In this document: positions 35,844 through 48,600 of the stretch, piece after piece | Layout: each line of letters begins with the position of its first letter | Position numbering within the stretch: position 1 is the stretch's first letter | Assembly (NCBI GenBank): GCA_028534125.1 | Contig: CM052816.1 | Coordinates: 101,620,001 to 101,680,000 of the forward strand | DNA length: 60,000 nucleotides | Origin: Lama glama | Taxonomy: Eukaryota | Direction of reading: 5' to 3' | The notes under the pieces: model-generated | Databases searched by the model: none | What the model was told of the DNA's origin: nothing | Seen by the model: only the letters and a program-made list of their open reading frames with translations | Program-made: the position numbers and the translations under genes

Positions 35844-38800
35844 GGGGCTACCAGTTCCAGGCAAGACAGAGTAGACACATTTCACCCTGTTCCTCCCAAC
35901 TTATTAGACCTAAAAACCCTGGACAACACGGGAAGCAAACACCAGGTGACTCTAAAGGGTGGGGACAGAAGGCCGACTGTCCGGGGACCTCAAGAAAACG
36001 TGCCTACACATCCTGGTCTGAATGCCAGAGAAGCTGGCAGCCCAGAAACACGATGGACACTGACCAGAAGGTAAGGGTGAGCCTGCCACTCAGGGTCAGA
36101 GGGACGGGGGTGGCCTCGCAGAAAGACTCCTGACAACCTCGGCCCCACTCCAGCCCAACCCCAAGGAAAAAATGCACCTTGTCCCCCGTCCTTGCACAGT
36201 GGCCAGCACTGGGGCCGTGTGCGGGGACCCTGATGGCCGCCCTGGGCTGCTGTAATGAGGTAGTGCCCCATCTTCCTGGTCCACAGGCGTCTGCAGAGAC
36301 TGTGTGTGACAGGAGCCTGGCCACCACCTCAGCACCAAGGCAGCACCCAGTCAGTGCCCATACTGAGTAACGAGATTCACACAGAAGGCAGAGTCCCAAT
36401 CAAAATGACCAATCAAAAATGACCCAGAATAGGAAAATCTCAGTTTGAATGAGAGAAAATAATCAACAGACACCAACACTGAGACGACAGAAATCAGAAC
36501 TGTCCACCAAGAATCTTAAAGCCACTGACAGAAAAATATGTCAGTGAGCAATTATGAATGCTCTTGAAACAAACGAGAAAATAAGAATTCTTGGCAAAAA
36601 AATAGAACCTAAAGAAGAAACAAATAGAAATTTCAGAAATGAAAAATACAATAACTGAAACCAACAAAGAAAACACCACAGGAGCAGTTCAATAACAGAA
36701 TGGAAAAGACAGAGTAAAAAACTCAAAGAATAAATGCAAAGATAAACACAGTTGTCCTATCGCCTATCGGACCCACAGAGAGAAAACAGCCTTTATACAC
36801 AGAGCCTCAGGGGCCTGTGCAGGAAGGAAAACCAATCTAACATTCATGTCTTTGGGGTCCCAGGGGAGTTCCAATTAGAGTTTCAACAAGAAGAGAATGA
36901 TAGTATGGCTAAAATTTAAAATTTTTAAAATTAAATCATGTCCAAAAACTTCCAAAATTGGGCAAAACACAGTAAACTACACATTCAAGAAGATGAGAAA
37001 AACCCAAACAGAATAAAGGTAAAAACTGACACATCAGAATCAAACTTGTAAACATTAAAGACAGTGAAAAATCTTGAGAGCAACCAGAGAGAAAGGTGTT
37101 ACCCAGAGGAAAAGCAATTCCATGGAAGCCTGAAGGAAGTGCTGTCACACCTTTCAAGTGCTGAAAGAAAAGAACTTTCAGCCCAGGAATCTATATCCAC
37201 CAAAAGCAGCCTTCAGGACCAAAGGTAAAATAAAGATATTCTCAAAGAGGAAACACTAAGAGAATCTGTCACCAACACACCTGCCCTAAGATAACTGCTA
37301 AAGAAAGATCTTCAAACATTAAGGAAAGATAAAAAAAAAAGGAAACCTGGAACATCAGAAATGCAGAAAGAATAATGAAACAAGCAAACATGTGGCTGTT
37401 TCCTCCCAAGCTATTTAAAATGTCAGATGACTGTAAAAAAAAAAAAGTATCATTACTGTGGTTCTTTGGTACACAAAGGAAATGTCTAGACAACTAAATT
37501 ATAAAGTAGGAGAATAATGATATCTAAATTGTAAAATTTCTACATTCACCTATGCGGTACACTGTCCACACAAGTAGACTGTGTTAAATCACATAAACAT
37601 ACTGTAATTTGTAAAGCAACCACTAAAAAAGTTATACAAATAGCTATACTCAGAAATATAATATATAAATCAAAATGGAATATTAAAAAATACCACAGGA
37701 GAAATGGGAAACGAAGAAAAAACAAAGGGAAAACCAGAATAATAAATGGCATGCTTACACTCTGCTACATTAATATTTACATTAAATGTAAATGGCCTAA
37801 ATACATTATAAAAGACAGAAACTGACAGAGTGTCTAAAAATGATCTACAGTATACTCAGTCTACAAGAAACTCATTTCAAATATTATGATATAGGTAGGG
37901 TTAAAGATGAAATTGTAAACAGATGGATAAAGATACGCCCTGCAAACACCAAACAAAAGAACACTGGGGTGGCTACACTAGTATCAGATAAAGCAGATGT
38001 CTCACCACAGACAATTACCAGGGAGAAGGAGGAACACTACATATACTACATGGGTCACTCCAACAAGAAGACATAAAATCCTAAGCGTGGATGCACCAAA
38101 CAGCGCAGCTTCAAACCAGATGAAGTGAAAAGAGAAACAGACAAATCCACAATTACAGTTAGGGGTTTCAATACCCTTCTGGTAATTAACAGAATCACCA
38201 GACAGAAAATCAGCAACCTATGAAAGAACTGAGTATCGTAAGTCAACACGACCAAACTGACATTTACATAACACTCCAGTCAATGACAGAGTACATATTC
38301 CTTCCAAGTGCACTGGGAACACTCACCAACATAGACCAGATCTTAGGCCATAAAACAAACCTCAGCAAATTTAAAGCAGCTTAATCATACAGAGTATGTT
38401 CCCTGAACATAGTGGAATCACACCAGAATCAAGAAGATAAACAAACTAGGAAAAACTCCAAACACATGAAAATGAAAAAACACACTTCTGAACAATCCAT
38501 AGGTCAAAGAGGAAGTCACAGGAAATCCAAAACATACTGATTATGGGGTACACCAGAAACTGACACACTGTAACTGACTACAATTAAAAAAAACACATTA
38601 GACTGAATGGAAATGAAAACACAACATAACAAAACTTGTAGATGCAGCTAAAGTTGTGCTTAGAGGGAAATTTATAGCACTAAATGTGTATATTATATGA
38701 AAAAGGCCTCAAATCAGTAATCTAAATTTTCATCTCAATAATCAGGAAAAGAAGAGCAAAACAAACACAAAGCAGCAGAAAGAAGAACATAATACAAAAT

Positions 38801-39350
38801 ACAGGATAAGATAGAATCAATGAAATCTGAAACCAGTAAACCAATGGAGAAAAACCCATCCAACCAAAAGCTGGCTCACTGAAAAGATTAATAAAATTCA
38901 TAAACCTCTAGAAAGGCCAACAAAGAGAAGACAAAAATGACCAGTATCAGGGATGGAAGAAGTCCACACAAACATTATAAGCTATAAGGAAATACCGCAA
39001 ACTCCATACACATAAATTCAACAACAAGATGAGTCAGTTTCACAAAATCCCAGACAACTACAAGCCACCTAAGATGAAGCTGATAATAGGAATAGTTCTG
39101 TAACAAGCAGAGAAACTGAATTTGTGACTCAAATACAGGAATTTCCAGGCCCATAAGGTTTCTATGGAAAAGTCCCTCAAAGAAAAATGAACACCAATTT
39201 ACACAACATCTGCTAGAAAACAGAAGAGGAGGCAACGACCAACTATTTCACAAGCTCAGCATTACCTTGACGCCAAAGCCAAACAAAAACAGGAAAAACA
39301 AAACTAGCAACCAACATTCCCCCACGAACACAGGTACAAAGATCCTCAGC
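35844..39350 (+). mobile_element. Old L1M element (5'UTR, ORF1, ORF2 N-part) in CEP72 intron 1
   Basis: acattaaatgtaaatggcctaaatac, ctacaagaaactcatttcaaatat, gtgcttagagggaaatttatagcactaaatg. Confidence 0.85.
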
Positions 39351-39614
39351 ACAGGAGAGGCAGAGTCTGGGAGTACTCTGGAGGAGGCCTAGGACAGGAG
39401 GGCGGGCTCCTCACTCCAAGAAGGAAGGCGGTTCAAGCTTTTTGAGAACCAATCTCATTCACCTTATTAACAGGTGGAAGAAAACCCGCTAGGTCTTACT
39501 AACTAATGCAAAAAGCACTGCCAAAACCGCGAAGCAAACCAGGCCTGTAAGGAGCTCCCTGCACAGTCCGCGAGGGTGGGCTGGGTCCGCATCTCTCTCC
39601 GGCTCAGCGTAGAA

Positions 39615-39850
39615 CCCCCAGCCCCCCTCCACCTCTTCCCCACTTCCGCCCCCCTCCCCTCCCAGCCTACCTCCACTCCCTTTCCCTGCACGGCCCCCAC
39701 CCCCACTTCGGGCTCCCCTCCCCGCCCCCAGGCCTGCCCCTCACTCTCCCACCCCTCCCCTCCCCGCCTACCCCCACCCACCCCACCCTCCCTCCCTGCC
39801 GGACCCCCACCCACACTTCGGGCTCCCCTCCCCGCCCCCAACCCCAGGCC
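39615..39850. repeat. C-rich low-complexity tract (G-rich on the CEP72 sense strand) with an internal direct repeat
   Basis: Many C3-C5 runs; cacttcgggctcccctccccgccccca occurs at ~39703 and ~39814. Confidence 0.8.
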
Positions 39851-39970
39851 TGCGGCCGTTCGGGAATCGTGAGTTTGTGCTTCGGCACCTCTGGCCTGAC
39901 GGGTCCGCCAGCACCGCGGCGGGAACCTCGCGCCTCAGTCGGCGCAGTCCGCCCGCCGCCCGGCACGCAC

Positions 39971-40049
39971 CCAGGTCGCAGTGAGGCGGCAGGCCGCTCT
40001 TCTCGCGGATTTTCTCCTCGCTCAGCACCAGCCGCCCCGCCGGCGCCAT
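39971..40049 (-). CDS. CEP72: CEP72 exon 1 coding part
   Basis: ATG at 40049 (aagcATGg); MAPAGRLVLSEEKIREKSGLPPHCDL; donor G|gtgcgt; lies in the CpG island. Confidence 0.92.
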
Positions 40050-40240
40050 GCTTTCAAACGGCGCGCACCTGCCCACGCCTGCGCACTAGGGCCGCCAGGG
40101 GCCGCGGGGGCGTGGTCAGAGATTCGGGGCGGGGCCGGGCTTGAGGGGCGGGGCCAAGGACAGCAGTCGGGTGCGGGAAAGCGGTGAGGTCTCTGGAAGG
40201 AGGGGCTATGCAAAGTTGGAGCGCGCCCAACGGCTTACCC

Positions 40241-40310
40241 GGGGACCCGTCCTCCCTGGGGACCCGCCCCACTTGGAGACCCCGCCCCACCTGGGGACCT
40301 CCCCAACCTG
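40241..40310. repeat. Degenerate ~18-20 bp tandem repeat (about 4 copies) upstream of CEP72
   Basis: ggggacccgtcctccct/ggggacccgccccactt/ggagaccccgccccacct/ggggacctccccaacct. Confidence 0.65.
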
Positions 40311-41719
40311 CCCACCTCCAGATTTGCCGGTGTCCTGGGTTCCAGGTGCCCCAGGTTCTGCCCATGGCCCCCTCTACATGCGGTCTCGGTGCTCTCCCGC
40401 CGCGGTCACTGGGCGGCTGCAGGTCCTGCTCTGTCCCTTTCCTCAGTTTCCAGGCGATGAAATCTGGAGTCTGAACTTGAAACTCACCAGCTGAGCAAGG
40501 GGTTCACAGAGTGTCCGTCGTCCCACTAGGCCTTTAGGGAAGACCTCCATTCCAGGTCCAAATCAGCCCCAGGCAGCCCAAGCCCTACGGTGCTCCCTCC
40601 CTCCCAGGCCTCCTGGTGTCTGGGGTGCCCCTACCACCTCACCCCACATTTGACTGGCTTGCTGGTAACATCCTCCAGCGTGTCACATTCTGGGTGGTGA
40701 CACAGAGGGGTGGAGATGGGGCTGTGGGCACAGAGGAGAAGGGGAGGTGTAGACAGGATGTCAGCACGGGGGGGTAGACAGGGGTGTAGGGGAGGGGTAT
40801 GGCGGTGTATGCAGGTGGTGCATCAGGGTACAGAACCCCCCCATGAGCAGGGCAGAGCCTCAGGACTGATGTGCCAGGCTCAAGGGGTCCTGTGTCGAGT
40901 GGCTCATTGAGACCCGCAAACACCCGGTAACACTTTGAGTCAAGATTGCTGTGTAACTGACCAAATTTCCATCCAGATGCTGCCCAGGGTTCTGCTTCGT
41001 ACAGGACCGTGGAGGGACTCTGGCACACCTGAAGCCGGGAATGCAGTCACCAACCAGGTGTCCCCTGAGTGGAGCTGTTGCAACCAGGAGGCTAGGAACA
41101 GTGAGCAAATATCCTGGCTTTCAGAAGTAAACAGAGGTAAACAAAAGGTTTGTGTCACTGCCCCCCAGAGAAGTTGGCCAATGCCCAGCCCACACCAAAC
41201 ACGGCTGCTGCCTCTTGCTGCTGGTCACTTCTGGCCAGGCAGCCCAGTCTCAAGCTCTCTACAGCTTTCTAGAGCATTCCGCAGAGGCTTCCAGACCATC
41301 ATCCTCGAGCCCCAAACCACAGGGTCAGTCTGGAGGGGTCCTCCCAGGCACTGGCAGCCTGGGATGTCTTGGAATTTTCCTATACTTTTCCAAGTGTGGG
41401 TCCAGCCTGGCCGAGTCCAGGCAGTTGGTGTAGATGACAGAGCAGATCAGGGTGAAGTACAAACAGAACCTGAACTTAATTAACTGGTTTCCCAACTACA
41501 AAGTGAGTGAGAGTTCTGATAGCCATCCCTCTTGCCTCTGTCATCTGTAACTATCAACTGCTGAAATGGTCACTGACTACTGACTGAACCTGAGTGCAAA
41601 CTGAACCTAGGTGCTATCAGAAAAACAAAACTGTAAGGAGATGTTTGCCTTCAAGAAGCTTACAGTTTATAGCACAGCGTGTGCTTGAAACGCTGTTTCG
41701 GGAAAACTTTCGTGAAACT

Positions 41720-42095
41720 GAAAAATGCCCCTTTTCCTGCAAAGAATCCATGCAAAATCCTTGGACCCTATGAATGTTACCTTTACAGCAAAAGATGAGC
41801 TTAACCTAAGGATGTGAAGAGGAGTGCATCCTGGATTTTCTGGGTGGGCCCTAAACGCAATCCTGTGTCCTTAGACAGAAAGGAAGACTCGGAGAGACAC
41901 ACACACTCAGGACCTCGCAGGATGACAGAGGCAAAGGTTGGGGTGATGTGGCCACAAGCCCAGGGATGTCTGGAGCCCCCAGCAGCTGGAAGAGGCAGGA
42001 AGGACCCTCTCCTAGCCCCTGCAACACCTTGATGCCAGACTCTGGCCCCCGAGTCTGTAGAGACTAGTTATGGCCGCCCCAGAAAACCTACACAC
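41720..42095 (+). mobile_element. MLT1 (ERVL-MaLR) LTR
   Basis: tatgaatgttacctttacagcaaaag; ggggtgatgtggccacaagcccagggatgtctggagcccccagcagctggaagaggcaggaagga. Confidence 0.8.
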
Positions 42096-43711
42096 ACATT
42101 CCAAATTCAGTTGCATATCAAAACACAGGGCTACCTCAGCAGTCACCTCGGTCTGTCCTCTTATGTACAGAAGACTGGGGCTCACAGGGGTCACATGCTC
42201 ACCAAGTCCCAAGGATGCCAGCTGCTTTTATCTGGGGGACCCCTGCTCTGCAGGACATTCCGGGTACACGTGGTCACAGTGAACCAGCACGTGAGAGCTG
42301 GGAAGAGGCTCCATGGACAGTCCTGTGTCCCTCACATCTCTGGGCGCCTAGTGGGACAGGGAGGCCCAGCCAGGCCCTGTTCCCACTCTGCTGTCAGCTA
42401 CCTCTCACCCCAGGCATCTCGAGAGGACCCGAGGGGCAGGTAGAGATCTGGCCTCGTCAGCCACACAGGTGTTTTCTAGACCAATGGCCATGAGGATCCC
42501 GCTGGGGAGAGGGTGACCCTCGTTCACGCCCGTTTTACCAGGCAGGGATCTGGGGCTGGAAGGGAGCACCAGCTTCCCGATGTCCACACCCAGACCTGAC
42601 TCCTCACCTCAGCTCCTCACCACTGAGGGAGACCGCTCCCAAAAAGACCCTGGGATGCTGGCCTGGAGGGGAGGCCCTGCCATCAGCAGCCTGCCACAGT
42701 GGGGCCCAAGGGCCCGCGTTCTGGTGGGGGCTCCACGCTGGAACTGGTCACTCAAGGTGTCCACCTCCCCCAGGACCCCAAGGGAAAGACCAGGTTGTCT
42801 CCTGTGGGTTATATGCGCTGTTTTCTGTACTGATTTAACCTCGAGTGACCTTTTTCAGAGCTCAACCCCTGGGAATGATTTTCTTCAAAGGTTTCTTTTC
42901 AGTCTCAAGGAACAGGAAGCAATATCCTTTCAAAAACCAATTAGCCACATATTTTTGCTCATTAAATAAATATTTTTACTTTGGACCCAACTGATTTTTC
43001 AGATAGCAAACAATGAGGCTGACTCACCTGTTTGCAACTCCAACGCCCTTTCCTCCCAGGACCGTTGAGGTCCCCGGGGGTGGCGACGCCTAGCCTCGGG
43101 TGGGGCCCGGCCGTATCCCACGACACACACCTGAATCCTCATCGACTTGGAGGACGTTTGGAGGTGGGCTTGTAACTTGTGATGTGCCGTCTTCCTGGAA
43201 CTCTGAGGTTGGGGCACAGCATGACTTGCCTGGAAGAGAAGGATGCCGAAGGACTAAAAGTGCTAAGGAGACAGGTGAGCGGGCAGGAGGCACCTGCAGG
43301 GAGGCTGCGGCTCTCACCACTTCCACTGGGGGCGCCTGTCCGAGCAAAGAGCCGCGGGCCAAGGGTGGCAGTCACACCAGGGAAGCGGCTGCAGAGGAGG
43401 AGCTGGCTGGCGGCCACTCCCAGGCCGGCCTGCACCCCCAGCACCAGCACCTCTGAAGCCAAAAGCCGAATGAGTGTTTGCTCCCCTTTCGGCCACTTCT
43501 TGTCTGGAATCACTTTTCTGCTGATCCCGCTTAACCTTCGGGGGCGTTTGGTCTTTCTCCATTTTTGTCCAGAACTGCAGGATTCAAAACCAAACGGCAG
43601 GTTTACACAAAAGTGTATTTCACGTAGTTTTTTTTTAAAATAAGTGTCATATCAGATATTTAAGTGATTTAATATTTAACCATTCATTAAACTAAATAGT
43701 TTAATGCACTT

Positions 43712-44190
43712 GAATGGAAATAGTCATAAGCTACTCAGCCATAAATAAAGAACAAAATAAGGCCCTTTGCAGCGACATGGATGGGCCTGGAGATGGTCGT
43801 TCTAAGCAAAGTAAGCCAAACAGAGAAGGAAAAGCATCATATGACACTTCTTATATGTGGAATCTAAAAAAGGACACAAATGAAGTTATTTACAAAACAG
43901 AGACAGAATCACAGACATAGAAAAAACTTATGGCTACTGGGGGGATAAAAGGGGAAGGGATAAATAAGGAGTTTGGGATTAGCAGATACACACTACTGTA
44001 TATAAAATGGATAAACAACAAGGTCCAATGTACAGCACAGGGAACAATATTCAATACCTTGTAATAACCTATAATGAAAAAGAATATGAAAAGGAGTATG
44101 TATGTGTATGTGTGTAATGGAATCACCATGCTGTACACCAGAAATTAACACAACACTGTAAATCGACTATAACTCAATTTTTTACAAAAA
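43712..44190 (+). mobile_element. L1 3' end (artiodactyl/camelid-type), 5'-truncated
   Basis: ctactcagccataaataaagaac, ggagtttgggattagcagatacacactactgtatataaaat, ctgtacaccagaaattaacacaacactgtaaatcgactataactcaat. Confidence 0.88.
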
Positions 44191-44499
44191 GCAAATAGCC
44201 ATAGGTATTGGAAGAATAAATAATTAAAGATTTGGAGCAGAAATTCAAAGGAGCAGAATAAACGAATAATGGAAATATATAAACAGCTTTCAATTTTTAG
44301 TAGTTCTCAATTTTGTTGTTTACACATTCATAAGTTGATTTATTATTTTTGGTGAATATTAACAGATTCATTTAAGTGGTTCATTTTCTATTTTCTAATT
44401 GCTGAAGTGAATGTGGAACTGGTTTATGGGATAATTTCTAACCCACACTAAAGGCTGTGTGTCATTGAACTCAGTTAACATGTGAGAAGGAAATACTAG

Positions 44500-45060
44500 A
44501 AAACAGATGAAAGCCATACCATAATATTCAAAGGGAGCTAAAAAGAAACAAAATGATAGAAACTGAAAGAACAGCATAATCTAGAGACAGAAAATCTTAG
44601 AAGTGATTGGAGGAAGTGAATATTTGAAAAGACAGATGACTAAACTCAGGAAAGAATTTAAAATATTTTTAAAATTTAAAGAAGCGAGAAGCAACACGGC
44701 TATTAAAAATCACAGTGGATATTGCCTGAAGAGAAACAAAAGAAATGCAGGAGAGGGAGGCGAGGATTCTAGCCAAGGCGACAGAGAAGATGGACAAAGG
44801 GCGTAGACACACATCTCTGAGGACAAAAAGTGATCCTGGAAAGCTTCCTGGAAGAGGAAGAGTCACCCGAAAGCATGTTCTGGAAGAGTTCATCGGGTTC
44901 TGGGAAAACAGCCCAGAGTGACCAGCACGGAGGCTTTCATTAGCAAAGCTGGTGGACGTTGCAGGAGAAGAGGATTTATTCGGTCATCAAGACAAAAAGA
45001 CCGAGTCGCTGGTAAAGGAAAGAAAATCAGAGTCCTCGTCTCACCAGAAGATAACGAGGT
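44500..45060 (+). mobile_element. Ancient L1/HAL1-like ORF1 remnant
   Basis: Purine-rich; caagacaaaaagaccgagtcgctggtaaaggaaagaaaatcag resembles the ORF1 C-terminal region. Confidence 0.4.
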
Positions 45061-45224
45061 GACACATTTAAGATGATCAAGGAAAGAGAGTATAGGCCGG
45101 GCCCTAAACCCAGCCAGACTGACCTCACGTGTGACTGGAAGGGCGACGGTGGCACTGTGCCCATGGGACTCCGGGAGGGCCATCTGTGTCGGGAGCCCGT
45201 CCCGAGGGCCGCAGCAGCGGCAGT

Positions 45225-45397
45225 CAGTCAGCAGCCTCTGTCCCACAGGGATGGCTGGCAACTCTCCTAGGCGCCCTGAGCCAGAGGCAGGTTCTTACGT
45301 AACCCTTTAAATATGAAAACCATTCTTACTGGGGTCTCATAGAAGCAGCTGGTGGGCCTGATGCCACGGTGAGCGGTGGGTTCACTGGCCTCTGCTC
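45225..45397 (+). mobile_element. MER58-like MITE remnant
   Basis: ttaaatatgaaaaccattcttac...gcagctggtgggcctg...tgggttcactggcctctg. Confidence 0.4.
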
Positions 45398-45699
45398 GGA
45401 CCACCAATAGGGCCAGGCAGGCACCAATATTAGGCTGGTGACCTCAATCAGAATTAAGATTAGAATTTGGAATCTAGTTTTGGATTCAAGATTCTAAGCA
45501 CAGAACTTGTAATCCAAACTCTGAACCCAGAACTTAGACCAATAAATTAAAAGCAGACCCAGAGTGAGGATTTGGAAGTGCAGAGTCAGCAGTGAGCACT
45601 GATATCAACAGTATTTCTTAAACTCTTGAGACCTATACTGCTGCCTTCTCAGTTTAATTTAGTTAATTACCTTACCTGCATATTGTAAACGTTACTTTT

Positions 45700-48600
45700 T
45701 TTTATAATGGCACCTTGATGAAGAGATGAAAAAGCTCCATCACCCCAAACACTTGTCTGGGCTTCCCTTTTTTTTTTGAAGTCTTACCCCTCCTTCACAT
45801 CAAACTCCTGGAAGACACACGTTTGTTTCTCCATCTCTAAAGTTTTGTCTTTTGCAGAATGTCCCATAGATTTACCACTGAGACTGGCATCTTTCGCTCA
45901 GCAGGATGTCTTTGGAGTCATCCAAGTTGTTGTATGCATCAATACTTTGTTCCGTGTTATTGCCGAGTAGTATTCCACCGTGCGGATGTACAGCTTTATC
46001 CATTTACCTGTTGAGAGATATTAAGTTGTTTCTAGTTCTTGGTGATTATGGGTAAATCTACTATAAATAGTCAGGGATAGATTCTTCCGTGAAACAAGCT
46101 GTTGTTTCCCAGGGCGAACGTCTAGGGGTGGACTGCTGAATCACACAGTAAATGAACGCTGAGCTTTACGAGGAACCGCCAGGCTGTTTTCCAGAACCGC
46201 TATATCACTCACTCTCCCGCCAGCAACAGAGGGGAGTCCCGTTGCTCTGCATCCTCATCAGCATTTGATCATGTACGTGTTTTACTTTTCTTCCTTTCTC
46301 CTCTTTCTCCTTTCGTGCTGTTCTGATAAGTACAGAGAAGTGTCACTGTGTGGTTTAGTTTGCATTTCCCTCCACACTAACAGTGCTGAATGCCCTTTAT
46401 GGGCTTCTTTGTCATTGGCACTCCTTCAGTGAACTGTCTGTTCAAATTGTCTGTCTCTCTTTACGTATTGGGTTGTTTGTTTGAAATCTCTTTATACATT
46501 CTAGACACAAGTTCTTTGTCAAATAAGTGACTCACGAACATATTCTCTTAGTCTGTAACTTGTCTTTTCAGTCTCTCAATCAAAGGTTTTGATTTTCGTG
46601 ATGTCTAATTTGTCCATCTTTTCTTTTATGATTTGTGCTTTTGGTGTTACACCTATGAATTCATTTCTAACCCAAAGTCAAAAACATCTTCTCCTATGTT
46701 TCCTTCTAAAAGTTTTATAGTTTTATACTTTGTATTCATTAATTATCTATTTTGATTTAATTTTTATAGATCAATGTAGATCATTTTGTGTGTGTGTGTA
46801 TGTCCAGCTGTTTCAACATCATTTGTTTAAAAGATAATCCTTCCTCCACTGAATTGCCTTTGCATCCACGATAAAAATCAATTGGCCATATTTGTGTGGG
46901 TCTGTTTCACTCTGTTTCTCCCCTTTTTTTCCCATTGATTTGTGTCTATCTTTTGCCAGTACCACACTGTCTTTGTCACAGTACCTTTACAGTCATTCTT
47001 AAATCAGGTAACGTCAGTCCTCCAACCTTGCTCTTTTTCAAAACTGATCTGGCTGATCTCATCCTTTGCCCTTCCACATAAATTTCAGAACATGCTTCTC
47101 TTTATCTAGAAAAATCTTGCTGAAATTTTTGAATTGGAATTGCATTAAACCTATAGATCAACTTCGGGAGAACTGACTTTTTTTTACTATGTTGAGTCTC
47201 CCAATCCATGAACACGTTATATCTTCCTTCATTTCTTTCATCAGCATATTGTAATTTTTAGCCTATAGACCCTGTTCATGTTTTATTAAGTGTACACGTA
47301 TTTTCTTTTCTTTGGAGCTACTGTCGATGGCACCAAGTTGTAAATTTTGGTCTCCACATGTTTGTTGTTAGAGCATAAAACTGCAATTGATTTTCCTGTG
47401 TTGAGCTTGTGTTCTGTGACCTTGTCGAACTCACTTGTTAACTCTAGGTGTTTTGTTTTGTTTTGTAAATTGATTTCTCACATTAACAACTATAACATCT
47501 ACAAACAGAGGTGGCTTTATTCCTTCCTTTCCAATCTGCGTGCTACGCCTTCATCTAGCTTTGTTGCACCAGGACTTCCAGTATGCCGTTAAAATGAGTG
47601 GTGAGAGCGAACATCTTCTCCTCTATCCAGATCTTGGAAAGTGTTGAGTGTTTGCCATTGAGGAAGACGTTAGATGTACATGTTTAAATAGATGCCCTCT
47701 ATCGGGGTAAGGAAGCGCCCTTCTGTTCCTAGTTTGCTGAGGGTTCTTGTCATGAATGGGTCTTGGATTTTGTCCTTTTTTTTTTTATGCATCATTTGAG
47801 ATGATCACATAGTTTCTCTTCTTCCTCTGTTAATGTGGTGGATTGAACTGGTTGAATTTCAAATGTTTAGCCAGCCTTACATCCCGCTTGGTCACAACGG
47901 GTCATCACTGTTACATGGGTTTAGGTCAGTTTGCTCATATACTATTGAGTGTTTTTGCATCTAGGTTTATGAGGTATATTTCTATGAAGTTTTATTCTTG
48001 TGCTGTCACTTACCTGGTTTTGCCACCAAGGTGATGCTGGCCTCTGAAAATCAGATGGGAAGTTTTTCCTCTTCTATCTCCTGGAAGAGAGTGTGTAGAT
48101 CTGATCGTGTTTCTTCTTTAACTATTCATAAAACCACCAACGAAACTGTCTGCATCTGGAATTTCCATTTTCAGGTTTTCCACCATGTAGTCAATTACTT
48201 TCATACAAGAAGGGTTGTCTGGGTTGTTTGTTTCTTCTTTCATGAGTTTTGGTAGTTTGTGACTTTCAGATAATCTGCCATTTCATCTGAGCTGTCGAGT
48301 GCATGTGCCCGAGCACGCCATGCTGGTCCTCGCATCCTCTCCGTGCCTTGGAGTCCGTGGGCTCCCTCCTCTCTCTGCAGTCCCTCTGCCCCTCAGCAGT
48401 CTGGTTAGCCGTCTGTCGGTTTGATTGATCTCCCCAAGGCACCAGCTTTGTCTCACTGATCTTTCCCTTATCGTCTCTGTTCTAGTTGCAGCGATCTCTC
48501 CTGCGTTTGCTGTGTCCTCCCTTCTGCTTGCTTTCAGTTTCATGTGGGCTTCGTCTTCTAACTCCTCAGGTGGGAACTTACACTGTTAGCTTCTAATTTC

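Larger units (their letters stand above)
11670..40080 (-). other. CEP72: CEP72 gene span (12 coding exons; ends approximate)
   Basis: The exons listed join in frame to 1884 nt (627 aa): N-terminal LRR with LRRcap, C-terminal coiled coil. The gene is convergent with TPPP as in other mammals. Confidence 0.95.
39850..40420. promoter_or_regulatory. CEP72: CpG-island promoter of CEP72 with GC boxes, an NRF1-like motif and a CHR element
   Basis: Dense CpG; GGGGCGGGGC at ~40126 and ~40145; cgcctgcgca at 40076-40085; TTTGAA on - strand at 40053-40058. Confidence 0.8.
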
